Of a stretch of DNA of 64,000 nucleotides, positions 1 to 9,487 are shown one piece after another. Every line of letters begins with the position of its first letter. Positions within the stretch are counted from its first letter, which is position 1. The position numbers were made by a program, and so were the translations under genes. The notes beneath the pieces were generated by a model that was not told where the DNA came from, searched no databases, and saw only the letters and a list, made by a program, of their open reading frames with translations. The stretch is from an uncultured Spirochaetales bacterium (lineage in GTDB: Bacteria; Spirochaetota; Spirochaetia; JAFGDJ01). The stretch is taken from assembly GCA_964410865.1 (NCBI GenBank), contig CAYPIQ010000005.1, positions 7,037 to 71,036 on the forward strand, given 5' to 3'.

Positions 1-921
1 GACCCCCGGAAGAAACTTTGGATACCCTTTATGCAAGTGATAGACCGGTCTCATGCTCGTTTTTTTGTTATGGAAAACGTTCCACAGCTTTTAGGTTCCC
101 TTGAATATAATGAGATTGAAGATTGGGCTTTTAGAAGAGGATTTAACGTATGGTCCGGGGTATTGTTAGCAGCCGATTATGGTGTAGCCCAGACAAGAAA
201 AAGAGCTTTTATCATTGGAGCAAAAGATGCCGATCCTAACTTATTTTTCCCGCCGGTTAAAACGCATTACAATCCTGAAAAACGACCCGATCAGCTAACC
301 CTTTTCACCGGTGCGTATGCGATGGACGCAGAAAGATGGCGAACTGTTCGAGATGTTATAGGAGATCTTCCCCTACCGGTTGGGACCGACATCAGAAATG
401 AACCACCTCCTCTTAATTTACATTTTGGAAGAAATCCGACGGAAAAGAGTTTAAGGCGGTATAAAGCGATACCGGAACAAGGTATGAACAGATTCGATTT
501 GCAGCGCATTGCTCCTGAATTGACCCCTGACTGTTGGATACATAAGAAATCAGGAGGAACTGATTTATTCGGTAGGTTATGGTGGGACAGGCCGGCTTTT
601 ACTATTCGTACGGAATTTTATAAACCGGAAAAGGGCAGATACCTGCATCCCGAGCAGCATCGGCCTATAACACACAGAGAAGCCGCAAGGTTTCAGTCTT
701 TTCCGGATGATTTCATTTTTAAAGGGACAAAGATTGAAATAGCCCGACAGATAGGAAACGCTGTTCCGCCTGTTCTGGCAAAGGCAATAGCCGATCAGGT
801 TTACAGAATGTGGGCTTATACCCATAATATAAAAATCGATGGATATATTTACAGAGAAGAAACGGCGAGAGATTATGTCTCGTGTCAAAAATCGCAATAC
901 GAGACAGGAGCTATTAGTTAG
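1..921 (+). CDS. dcm: DNA (cytosine-5)-methyltransferase, 5'-partial (frame open from base 1)
   Basis: C5-MTase motifs ENV (VI), RxR (VIII), T.REAARFQSFP (IX) and QIGNAVPP (X); catalytic PC motif lies upstream of the window. Confidence 0.93.
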   Translation, partial: DPRKKLWIPFMQVIDRSHARFFVMENVPQLLGSLEYNEIEDWAFRRGFNVWSGVLLAADYGVAQTRKRAFIIGAKDADPNLFFPPVKTHYNPEKRPDQLTLFTGAYAMDAERWRTVRDVIGDLPLPVGTDIRNEPPPLNLHFGRNPTEKSLRRYKAIPEQGMNRFDLQRIAPELTPDCWIHKKSGGTDLFGRLWWDRPAFTIRTEFYKPEKGRYLHPEQHRPITHREAARFQSFPDDFIFKGTKIEIARQIGNAVPPVLAKAIADQVYRMWAYTHNIKIDGYIYREETARDYVSCQKSQYETGAIS

Positions 922-1261
922 ATCGCTCCTACATAATCTAGGTTTTCGGTTTCGTCTTCATCGAAAAGATCTGCCTGGAACACCGGACATTGTACTTCCA
1001 AAATATAAAACCGTTGTATTTGTAAACGGCTGTTTCTGGCACGGCCATTCCTGTTCGCGTGGTAAATTGCCTGAATCAAATACATATTTCTGGGAGGCAA
1101 AAATTGAAAAGAATAAGAGGCGAGATCAAGGTAATTACAAACAGTTAAAAGCCCTTGGTTGGAAAATAGTAATAGTATGGACATGTGAAACCACATCAAC
1201 AGCCAAGTTAATTGAACTGGGGCATCGTTTATCGAAGGAAATTCCTCGAAACCTGGACTAA
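839..1261 (+). CDS. vsr: Very short patch repair endonuclease
   Basis: MDIFT...RREIMSRVK, GFRFRLH, LPGTPDIV, FVNGCFWHGH motifs; overlaps the 3' end of the MTase. Confidence 0.95.
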   Translation: MDIFTEKKRREIMSRVKNRNTRQELLVRSLLHNLGFRFRLHRKDLPGTPDIVLPKYKTVVFVNGCFWHGHSCSRGKLPESNTYFWEAKIEKNKRRDQGNYKQLKALGWKIVIVWTCETTSTAKLIELGHRLSKEIPRNLD

Positions 1262-1355
1262 GCCGCGAATTGGAATCAGGTAGAGCTTAAGGAGCGATGA
1301 AGAGGATGGGAAGAAAGGCCCTATTTGTATTCATCGATTTTTGCTGAGATTCTTT

Positions 1356-2204
1356 TCAAGGGAACTTCTCCCCGTGTTGGGCAAAGATGTCCCTTGCCCG
1401 GGAAAAGAGTTCCTCGTACACGGCAACGGCGTCATCATCCAGGCCGAGTTTTTCTATATGTTTGCGGTATCGCCTTGTCTTTCGCAGTAGCGGGTTAAGG
1501 AACAACCCGGCGTTGAATGAACGGGTCAACGCGCGCATAACGGTAAAGAATTGTTTTGTATTCAGCACTTCGTTTTGCAGTAGCTCGGTTATATTCAAGT
1601 GTTTTACCAGCCATGCGGATTCAAGCTCGATGTCATCGGCTATATCCTCTCCTTCATCGAGTAGTCGTTCGGGACGGGCTCGGAAATGAATCGCCCGGTA
1701 AATCATTGACAGCACGGGGTCCGGAGTGACATCCGCGGTCCGGATGTTTTCTATTATACCATTTATACAGTTTCTGTAGGGCTCTACCTGCCGGTTAAGG
1801 GCATACGATCCCAGTGCGGCCACTAAGCCGCCGCCGATTAGAAGAACTGCCTCATCAAGGAACGGTAAAGGATCTGGTACGAAGATATTGAGAAAGCCAA
1901 GTACGGCGGAAATGATGCCGGAGGAAAAGAAGAGCCGCATTCGGGAGGCAAATTTTTCCGCCCGGGCTTTGAATTCCGATGAAAGGCCGTCTTTGACCTT
2001 TTCTATCGAAGAATCCGGACAACCTTCATAGGTCTTGATATGGAATGACTGCCGCAGAAGGATGAACTCCCCGCCTTTTTGCAGGGACCGGGGTGTAAGG
2101 GCCTGATATCGGTCGGATTGTTCCGATACGGGTGCCAGGTAGATTTCGATCTCTTCTTCCCAGGGCGGCAGAATTCCCCGGGACCTGAAAATACCGTATT
2201 TCAT
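1356..2204 (-). CDS. Hypothetical protein with central hydrophobic hairpin
   Basis: 282-aa ORF directly downstream of the TetR gene; hydrophobic segments FFSSGIISAVLGFLNIF and VLLIGGGLVAALG. Confidence 0.6.
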   Translation of the reverse strand: MKYGIFRSRGILPPWEEEIEIYLAPVSEQSDRYQALTPRSLQKGGEFILLRQSFHIKTYEGCPDSSIEKVKDGLSSEFKARAEKFASRMRLFFSSGIISAVLGFLNIFVPDPLPFLDEAVLLIGGGLVAALGSYALNRQVEPYRNCINGIIENIRTADVTPDPVLSMIYRAIHFRARPERLLDEGEDIADDIELESAWLVKHLNITELLQNEVLNTKQFFTVMRALTRSFNAGLFLNPLLRKTRRYRKHIEKLGLDDDAVAVYEELFSRARDIFAQHGEKFP

Positions 2205-2216
2205 CGCTGCATCGAC

Positions 2217-2852
2217 CTACCACTGGAGATACTTCGGCAGTTTGTTCCGTTTTTCGATTTTCTCATTGCGTTTCCTGATGCGTATTTTACGCCTTATCCC
2301 CCTCTGTAGGAGCAAAAGGATATCACTGATGAGGGCGGCGCTGTTCTCCTCGTCGTCGATATGCAGGAGAATGGCTTCGAAGAGTGCTGAGATGAGCAGC
2401 CTGGGGTTATGATAAATCCCTATTCTGAAATGTCTGGTCATGCCCCCCCTTCTGATTATCTCCGCCAGGTGGGTTTTTATATGCTTTTCAAGGCTTTCTT
2501 CCCTCCTGCTCCACTCATAATATCCGGGAAAGAGGTATTTCTTGTTTCCTGTCATGACACCTTTCAGAATCGGACTGTTCTTCAGCCCCAGGGTGGTAAA
2601 GTGATAAAGGGCTTTGAGTTGATTCATGGGGGAGGTGACTTTGATAACGATCTTATCAGCCTCGAGTTTTCCCTGGTTCTCGATCGTTTCGAGGATAGCG
2701 ACATAGAAATCCTTTTTACTGTGAAAATAAGTATAAAAGCTTCCGGTGCTCAGGCCCGCGTGCCGGACAATATCATCTATACTGACATTCTTGTAGCCAT
2801 ACTCCGAGAAGAGACTGTTTCCTATTGTAAGCAGTTGATTTTTCTTTTCCAT
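2217..2852 (-). CDS. TetR/AcrR family transcriptional regulator
   Basis: N-terminal HTH LFSEYGYKNVSIDDIVRHAGLSTGSFYTYFHSK; start moved to ATG 2852 (MEKKNQLL). Confidence 0.9.
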   Translation of the reverse strand: MEKKNQLLTIGNSLFSEYGYKNVSIDDIVRHAGLSTGSFYTYFHSKKDFYVAILETIENQGKLEADKIVIKVTSPMNQLKALYHFTTLGLKNSPILKGVMTGNKKYLFPGYYEWSRREESLEKHIKTHLAEIIRRGGMTRHFRIGIYHNPRLLISALFEAILLHIDDEENSAALISDILLLLQRGIRRKIRIRKRNEKIEKRNKLPKYLQW

Positions 2853-2955
2853 ACCCCGTGAAGTAATAGTATACCATGGTTTTTCTCCATTCCTCAATAT
2901 TGCCTTGACAAGAAGCTGAAAGATTGTATCCTGACACGATACAGGGAGGAATGCC

Positions 2956-4218
2956 ATGGATCTGTTTGATAAATGTAACACCGACGCCGGTTATTTCGGG
3001 CGTTTCAGGCACCAGGGCGACAGTTACTTTACCCGGCCGGTTTTGGACCCCCAGCCGGGTAACAGGATGCTGTTCCACGGGAAAAAGCATATCATGTGGT
3101 CGGTCAATAATTATATAGGACTGGCCGGTCATGAAGAAATACGTAAAGAAGCCCTGGAAGCGGTGAAGGAATTCAGTGTAAGTGCTCCGATGGGTTCGAG
3201 AATGATGAGCGGAAATACCGAATACCATCTGGCTCTGGAAAATAAACTGGCGGATTTTTCCCGGAAAGAAGCCGCTTTTCTGTTCAATTATGGATACCTG
3301 GGAGTAATCGGCACTATTTCCTCTCTGGTTGGGCCGGAAGATACGGTCGTGATGGATAAACTGTCCCATGCATCCATCGTAGACGGTGTATTGCTTGCCA
3401 AGGCTTCGGGAGCAAAGATGAGGGTATTCAGGCATAACGACGCCTCTAATCTGGAGATGGTCCTCAAACGGGAAACCCGGGAAGGAAAGGGCGGTATTCT
3501 TGTTGTCGGTGAAGGCGTGTACGGTATGACGGGCGATCTGGCCGATCTGCCGGCGATAACGGAGGTCTGTAAAAAGTACGGCGCCCGGTTATTTATCGAC
3601 GACGCCCACGGATGGGGTGTTATGGGCGAGAACGGCCGAGGTACTGCCGATTACTTCGGGGTCCAGGATAAGGTCGATATTTATTTCGGAACCTTTGCAA
3701 AGGCTTTCGCTTCTATCGGCGGTTTTGCCGCGTCTTCCAAAAACGTGATCGACTGGATTATTTATAACGCCAGGACCCAGGTTTTTGCCAAGAGTCTGCC
3801 GATGGTCTATGTCCGGAGTCTTAAAAAGACCTTCGAGCTCGTCAAGGCCGGTGATGACCTCAGGGAAAAGATGTGGCAGAATTCCAACAAGCTCAAGGAA
3901 GGTATACGAGCCCTGGATTATTATGTCGGTGAAGGCGCTTCACCCATATGTGCCGTTTTTACCCCCAGCGGTAATGAAGAAGAAGGGCAGAAAATGGTTG
4001 CCTACCTCAGGGAGAAGGGGATTTTCGTTACCGCCGTTATTTATCCTGTAATTCCCCGGGGATTGATTATGTTCAGGATGATACCGACCGCCGTTCATAC
4101 GGATGAAGACATAGAAGTGACCATCAAGGTTTTCGCTGAAATGAAAACCGATCTCAAACTGAATCTTCCCGTCTCAACGGAAAACCTGGCAAATATTAAG
4201 AGAGCTTACGGGAAATAG
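2956..4218 (+). CDS. PLP-dependent alpha-oxoamine synthase; motifs resemble the cysteate acyltransferase (SulA/CapB) subfamily
   Basis: NNYIGL, SHASIVDG, DDAHG, GTFAK (PLP Lys249); subfamily-type motifs PMGSRMMSG, RTQVFAKSLPM, VIYPVIP..RMIPTA. Confidence 0.88.
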   Translation: MDLFDKCNTDAGYFGRFRHQGDSYFTRPVLDPQPGNRMLFHGKKHIMWSVNNYIGLAGHEEIRKEALEAVKEFSVSAPMGSRMMSGNTEYHLALENKLADFSRKEAAFLFNYGYLGVIGTISSLVGPEDTVVMDKLSHASIVDGVLLAKASGAKMRVFRHNDASNLEMVLKRETREGKGGILVVGEGVYGMTGDLADLPAITEVCKKYGARLFIDDAHGWGVMGENGRGTADYFGVQDKVDIYFGTFAKAFASIGGFAASSKNVIDWIIYNARTQVFAKSLPMVYVRSLKKTFELVKAGDDLREKMWQNSNKLKEGIRALDYYVGEGASPICAVFTPSGNEEEGQKMVAYLREKGIFVTAVIYPVIPRGLIMFRMIPTAVHTDEDIEVTIKVFAEMKTDLKLNLPVSTENLANIKRAYGK

Positions 4219-4222
4219 AACA

Positions 4223-5272
4223 TCAATCCCGAACTCTGCCCAGGGCAAGCAATTTAACAAGAAAATCGGGAAGAGGATTCTTTGTCTTCCTCTTCCTGAG
4301 ATCCAGATGCCACCCCAGTGATTTAATGATCGGGATTCGATGGGTCTCTACGAATTCTATAAGGGTTCCGTCGGGGTCTTCAATATAGGAAAAACGCCCG
4401 GCCGCTTCTCCCATATCGAAGGAGGTTCCACTGTCTACCGTGAAGGGGTGCCCCCCCCTTTCGCAACGGTTTTTCAGTTCATCCATGCCGTTGACGTCGA
4501 AGCAGAGGTGAATAAACCCCGCGTCCCCCCAGAACCTGTTCTCGAAGATCTTTCGCGGGGTTCTGTCTCTGCATTCTATAAGCTCTATGCGGCTTTTTCC
4601 GAATACATTCCCGAAAGCCCCTGAAGGCGGAACCGAGGGTTCCATGATAACCCGGCGGACTTTCTTTTCACCGCCGGGTACCGAAGCAATGTCCGGAAAA
4701 ACGGCGTCGGAGTCCAGCAGAACCCGGTCAAAGCCCAGAATTTCTCCATAGAAGGGCATGGCTTTGTCCATGTCACTGACACCGATGACACATCCGAAGG
4801 GACCCCCTGTGCAGCTTCGCCGAGATCCGAACCACTCGTCGTGTTCACACACTTCGAACATCAATCCGTTGGGATCTTTCAGATAGAAATGATACTTACC
4901 CCGGGGGTTTTGATTGAGTCCCCCTAGGAGTTCAACACCGCTTTTTTCGAAAGAAGCATAACAGGAAGCTATGTCCCGGCTCTTTATTTTGACAATATTG
5001 ATGCCCAGATCTCCGAGCTCGATCTGAAAAGGTACTGGAGTTGTCTTGCGGCTCGTGAACTGCCATATTTCGAAACCGCTGCCGCCGCTGAGGTTTATCG
5101 CCAGTACGGCATTCCTGGACTGCACTTCTCCCCCGGTATACTGAGTCATGAAGGGCGCTTCCGCTTCGTCCTGGAAAACCGGCACGTCCATACCGAAATG
5201 TTTGCGGTACCATTTCCACGATGATTCGACGTTATCCACCCCGATGCCGATCTGTTGTATTCCGCTTATCAT
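4223..5272 (-). CDS. Two-domain VOC (glyoxalase-like) family protein
   Basis: GIQQIGIGV, FYLKDPNG, IHLCFDV, SYIEDPDGTLIEFVE; start ATG 5272 or 5284. Confidence 0.85.
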   Translation of the reverse strand: MISGIQQIGIGVDNVESSWKWYRKHFGMDVPVFQDEAEAPFMTQYTGGEVQSRNAVLAINLSGGSGFEIWQFTSRKTTPVPFQIELGDLGINIVKIKSRDIASCYASFEKSGVELLGGLNQNPRGKYHFYLKDPNGLMFEVCEHDEWFGSRRSCTGGPFGCVIGVSDMDKAMPFYGEILGFDRVLLDSDAVFPDIASVPGGEKKVRRVIMEPSVPPSGAFGNVFGKSRIELIECRDRTPRKIFENRFWGDAGFIHLCFDVNGMDELKNRCERGGHPFTVDSGTSFDMGEAAGRFSYIEDPDGTLIEFVETHRIPIIKSLGWHLDLRKRKTKNPLPDFLVKLLALGRVRD

Positions 5273-5308
5273 GATAACCCCCAATTACATTACAAGTTTT
5301 TTACGTTC

Positions 5309-5872
5309 CTAGAGAAACTGTATGGGTGGAATCAATGGTCCTGTTTCAACGATTTCCACCCCCAGATGGAGCGCTCGAATGTTCAATTTTTCATTTGCCC
5401 CGGAAAATCTGGTTTTGAGTACTTTTTCCAGAGATGACGGCTGTACCAGCCCTACAAGCCGGGATAATGAACCGAGAAGGCATATATTCATCGGAAGCGT
5501 GGTGCCCAGCTTTTCCAGACAGTTTTCATAGAGAGGAAGTTCCACCTGCCGGGCGTCCACCGTCCGCTTCGTTTTAATCACGTGCGGATCGATGAATACA
5601 ACTCCACCGGGGCGAACGCTCCAGGTATATTTACTGTACGCCAGGCTGCTGAGACAGACGAGCACATTCGGCTGCTCTACCTTGGGATACTGTATCGCGT
5701 AGGAAGAAAGAATGACGTCGGAACGCGCCGCACCGCCGCGGGCTTCAGGGCCGTAGCTCTGGGTCTGTACGGCATTCAAACCTTCGTGATACACCGCCGC
5801 TTCCGCCAATACGATTGCCGCGGTGATAATTCCCTGTCCTCCTAAGCCGGAGAAGACAAACCTGCATATCAT
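5309..5872 (-). CDS. korC: 2-oxoacid:ferredoxin oxidoreductase gamma subunit
   Basis: SGLGGQGII, QTQSYGPEARGG; overlaps the beta subunit stop. Confidence 0.92.
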   Translation of the reverse strand: MICRFVFSGLGGQGIITAAIVLAEAAVYHEGLNAVQTQSYGPEARGGAARSDVILSSYAIQYPKVEQPNVLVCLSSLAYSKYTWSVRPGGVVFIDPHVIKTKRTVDARQVELPLYENCLEKLGTTLPMNICLLGSLSRLVGLVQPSSLEKVLKTRFSGANEKLNIRALHLGVEIVETGPLIPPIQFL

Positions 5873-6672
5873 ACTGATCCGACCCTTTCCATAATTGCCC
5901 TGTACTGATCGCAGTATTCAGGCTCGTCTTTCTCCACAAAGACTCCGATAGCCTTTTTGTCTCCCGCCTGGGTAGGATCAATTGAACCTACCTTATAGGT
6001 GTGGCTTTTAAACCATTTCATCATATCCACCGCATCTCCTAGGTTGTTCTTCCGACCGTAATAGGTAGGGCACTGGGACAGGATTTCGACTACTGAAAAG
6101 CCCTTGTGTTTAATAGCCTTTTTCAATATTTCGATCATTTGATGGATATGATAGGTTGTAGTCCGGGCAATAAATGTCGCCCCCGCGGCTTCGGCGATAG
6201 AGACAGTATCGAACGGCCGGTCTATTGTTCCGTCCGGGGCCGTGGTTGCCAGTTTTCCGCGATCGGTCATGGGTGAAAACTGTCCTCCGGTCATGCCGTA
6301 GATATTGTTGTTCATTACAATAGCCGTTATATCTATATTGCGGCGGGCTGCATGTATAAAATGGTTCCCGCCTATGGCCAGGGCGTCGCCGTCACCCATG
6401 GGTACGAGAATCTTCAGTTCGGGCCTGCCGAATTTTACCCCCGTGGCAAAGGCCAGGGCCCGCCCGTGAAGGGTATGCAGGGTATGAAAATCCACGTATC
6501 CCTGTATTCTGGACGAGCAGCCTATCCCGGAAACCATGACCAGTTCATTTTTATCAATACCGAGTGCATCGATGGCCCGTAAAAGCCCTGACAACACAAT
6601 CCCGTGTCCACATCCGGGACACCAGATATGAGGCATAAATCTGGTCCGTAAATATGTAGTCATGGAACCCAT
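5869..6672 (-). CDS. korB: 2-oxoacid:ferredoxin oxidoreductase beta subunit
   Basis: WCPGCG, SGIGCSSR, HGRA, TPP-binding GDGDA...NNNIYGMTGGQ; start ATG 6672. Confidence 0.94.
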   Translation of the reverse strand: MGSMTTYLRTRFMPHIWCPGCGHGIVLSGLLRAIDALGIDKNELVMVSGIGCSSRIQGYVDFHTLHTLHGRALAFATGVKFGRPELKILVPMGDGDALAIGGNHFIHAARRNIDITAIVMNNNIYGMTGGQFSPMTDRGKLATTAPDGTIDRPFDTVSIAEAAGATFIARTTTYHIHQMIEILKKAIKHKGFSVVEILSQCPTYYGRKNNLGDAVDMMKWFKSHTYKVGSIDPTQAGDKKAIGVFVEKDEPEYCDQYRAIMERVGSV

Positions 6673-6673
6673 G

Positions 6674-7825
6674 TCACATACCCCTTCCATGGATAATCCT
6701 GAGCACATCCTTGATGTCCGTCGGTCTTATCATCTGTCCGTCCACGCGGTTTGCCAGATATACACTGTCGGAGTGGGTTACCGAGGCCTTTACCTCGTTT
6801 TCGATCTGTCCCATGTTCATCTCCACAACAACAATGTACTTGGCCTTCTCCGCTTTTTCCCTGACCAGCTGCCGGGGAAAGGGCCAGAGGGTTTGGAGTT
6901 CGAGCATGCCTATCTTCATTCCTACCTGCCGTCGGTTTTCCATGATATGCAGGGCCGATCGTGCGGCGGAACCGTAGGATATCAGGAGTGTTTCGGCGTC
7001 GTCGATATAATATTCTTTCCAGCGCTGGATAAGGTTTACCCGGTTTTCTATCTTGTTTACCAGGTGATGCATCAGGTCGTTGGTTATATCCGGCTTGTCC
7101 GTAGGGAAGCCCCACATGTCGTGAAACAGACCGGTGACATTATACCTGTGGCTGCCGCCGAAATCGGACATGGGGAGCCTGCCGTCTTCCCGGGGAAAGT
7201 AAGGATGATAGTCCGTTCCACGGGGGACAGAGGTCGTGAGCCGGTCGACAATCTGCAGGTCTCCCTGTTTCGGGTATATGATCTTCTCCCGCATGTGGGC
7301 AAGCACTTCGTCGAACAGCAGGATCACCGGAGTCCGGAAGGTTTCGGCAAGGTTGAAGGCTTCCACCGTCATGGAGAACATGTCCTGATGGTTCGAAGCC
7401 GTCAGGGTGATAATCGAGTGGTCTCCATGGGTGCCCCAGCGGGCCTGCATAACATCACCCTGGCTTACGCGGGTTGGCAGCCCTGTAGACGGCCCGCCCC
7501 GCTGAACGTCTACGATAACGCACGGAATCTCCGCCATAACGGCGTACCCGATGGATTCCTGCATAAGGCTGAATCCGGGACCGCTGGTCGCCGTCATCAC
7601 CTTCAATCCCGTTAAAGACGCGCCGATAATTGCGCACATGGAGGATATTTCGTCTTCCATCTGGATGAATTTGCCCCCCGCCCGGGGCAGCAGGTAAGAC
7701 AACCGTTCGGCCGTTTCGGTGGAAGGGGTTATGGGGTAGCCGGCGAAAAACTTCAACCCGGCGTACATCGCAGCCTCGGCGATTACCTCGTTCCCCTGGA
7801 GAAAGTAGATGTTGTCCCTAGACAT
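6674..7825 (-). CDS. korA: 2-oxoacid:ferredoxin oxidoreductase alpha subunit
   Basis: AGYPITPS, QMEDE, ATSGPGFSLMQE, VQRGGPSTGLPT. Confidence 0.95.
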   Translation of the reverse strand: MSRDNIYFLQGNEVIAEAAMYAGLKFFAGYPITPSTETAERLSYLLPRAGGKFIQMEDEISSMCAIIGASLTGLKVMTATSGPGFSLMQESIGYAVMAEIPCVIVDVQRGGPSTGLPTRVSQGDVMQARWGTHGDHSIITLTASNHQDMFSMTVEAFNLAETFRTPVILLFDEVLAHMREKIIYPKQGDLQIVDRLTTSVPRGTDYHPYFPREDGRLPMSDFGGSHRYNVTGLFHDMWGFPTDKPDITNDLMHHLVNKIENRVNLIQRWKEYYIDDAETLLISYGSAARSALHIMENRRQVGMKIGMLELQTLWPFPRQLVREKAEKAKYIVVVEMNMGQIENEVKASVTHSDSVYLANRVDGQMIRPTDIKDVLRIIHGRGM

Positions 7826-8018
7826 TCTCTTTCTCCTTTATCACCTCGATCGCAAAATCGGGGCACCGGAGTTCACAGAGCATGCAGTAGATACACTCCT
7901 TTTCTCTCGGCGCCGTTACGATCCCTTCTTCATCGAGTTCGAGCACCTTCTTCGGGCAGAAGGCGACACAGATCCCGCAGCCTTTACACCAGTAACGGTT
8001 GATCTGAATCATGGTCAC
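7818..8018 (-). CDS. korD: 2x[4Fe-4S] ferredoxin, oxidoreductase delta subunit
   Basis: CKGCGICVAFCP and CIYCMLCELRCP; first gene of the delta-alpha-beta-gamma operon. Confidence 0.92.
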   Translation of the reverse strand: MTMIQINRYWCKGCGICVAFCPKKVLELDEEGIVTAPREKECIYCMLCELRCPDFAIEVIKEKENV

Positions 8019-8300
8019 TTATTATGGAATACCTTTGCCCCTTCATCAAGACTCTTTTTCATCAACTTGCCCGATTACTGGAAGTGTAGCCTGATTAGTA
8101 TTCGGTTCCACGATTGAAGGGGAATCGGACATTCCATTCGGTTCCGTCGGAACGGTTGTACTCCAGGGAGCTCTCCGAGCTTTATCCTTTATATTAGCAT
8201 ACGGTAAGGATATAATAATCCGGATACCGATGCAAATTTACTGAAGCCGGCTTACATTCCAACAGAAGGCCGGGTATACTGGGTAACCGGAGGTATCCGT

Positions 8301-8897
8301 GTGTTGATTCCCGACGGGACTGCAGAGTATGAACTGGTTGTAAAAAGGTCCCGGTTTCTCGCATGGGCAGGTTATATCGAATCCACGGAAGCAGCCAGGG
8401 ATGAGGTCAAACGGCTCAAGGGATTTTATAGCGACGCGACCCACGTGGTCCATGCCTGCATAACCGGCCCCGCCGGCGACCTGTTCAGTGTGAGCGACGA
8501 CCGGGAACCCTCGGGTACCGCGGGACGGCCGGTGCTGGATATTCTTAAAGGGAGCGGTATTACCAATATCCTGGTGACGGTAACCCGCTGGTTCGGCGGA
8601 ACAAAGCTTGGTACAGGCGGTCTGGTAAAGGCCTACGGCGATGCGGCCCGGAGCGTACTGGAACGGCTGCCGGTACGGGAACTGGAGGTTCGCCGGGATT
8701 TTACGGTGCGGTTGGTATACCGCTATTACGAACCCGCGGTCCGTTTGCTGGAGCAGCATGGTGGTACGGTAACAGCCAACGAGTTTGCCGAAGAAGTGGT
8801 TCTGCGGGGAACAATCGGGGAAGCCGCCGCAGAGCGTTGGGAACAGGATGTTAAAGATTTGACCGGCGGGGGAAGTGAGGTGAAGTGGAAAAGGTAA
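8301..8897 (+). CDS. yigZ: YigZ/IMPACT family protein
   Basis: VKRSRF, ATHVVHA, SDDREPSGTAGRP, VTRWFGGTKLGTGGLVKAY. Confidence 0.92.
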   Translation: MLIPDGTAEYELVVKRSRFLAWAGYIESTEAARDEVKRLKGFYSDATHVVHACITGPAGDLFSVSDDREPSGTAGRPVLDILKGSGITNILVTVTRWFGGTKLGTGGLVKAYGDAARSVLERLPVRELEVRRDFTVRLVYRYYEPAVRLLEQHGGTVTANEFAEEVVLRGTIGEAAAERWEQDVKDLTGGGSEVKWKR

Positions 8898-8934
8898 AAT
8901 AGCCCGTCGCGTCAATACTAAATCTAGTTCGCTT

Positions 8935-9185
8935 TATTTCGCTGCGGTGTTCGGTTACCTCTATCTCTATCGGGGGAATGTCAAAGACCTGCCGCCGTCG
9001 GTAATCTACTACCGGCTCCTGCGAGAGATCATTCCTACAGTGGCTGCACACAGAATGATGGTGCTCTATTATCCTGTCGGGATTCTCGACCATCTTGAGT
9101 GTCGAGCCTTTGTGCCCCTCATGGCCTCCGGGTTTTTTCCCCGATCGTTTCCTGCTCTGTTTCGGCGGTTTTTTCATTCAGTCGG
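8935..9185 (-). pseudogene. IS66-family transposase N-terminal fragment
   Basis: KKPGGHEGHKG and zinc finger CSHC...RRQVFDIPP..EVTEHR typical of IS66 TnpC; truncated at both ends. Confidence 0.8.
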
Positions 9186-9188
9186 AAA

Positions 9189-9231
9189 TGGTAAACTAAA
9201 TTGACCCCCGGGTGAAAAATAAAATTGACCA
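9189..9231 (+). mobile_element. IS21-family terminal sequence stub
   Basis: TG-initiated end with tandem AAATTGACC motifs at 9198-9206 and 9222-9230; no transposase follows. Confidence 0.5.
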
Positions 9232-9487
9232 GGTAGTGGAGAAAAAGGGGTCCAACCTTGTTCCCCGCCAGGAGAAGTTTCCGCTTTTAAGCTAAACTTG
9301 CCGATACTCATTTCCGTAGACTGACAGAAAGTTTTTCTCCCTCGTCCGACCTGAAAGAAAAAAGAGGGCACCCCCTGTTTACGCAGGTGAACGGGGGATG
9401 AGGTAACTGTGGTTAGAGCACAGTCGAATACAGTTTCGTTACTTCCGTCGGGCGAAAACGCTCGGGCGGCAGTACACGAAGCGGCTT

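Noticed and set aside
2956-4218. Annotation as bioF, kbl or serine palmitoyltransferase
   Set aside because: No bio or tdh context, and the FAK-LPM and PMG-RMMSG motifs differ from those enzymes as recalled; left at family level pending phylogeny.
6662-7615. Long antisense ORFs (e.g. 6662-7615, 34688-35560, 46414-47469, 47016-47912, 50985-51863)
   Set aside because: Shadow frames overlapping well-supported genes in GC-rich coding DNA; no motifs.
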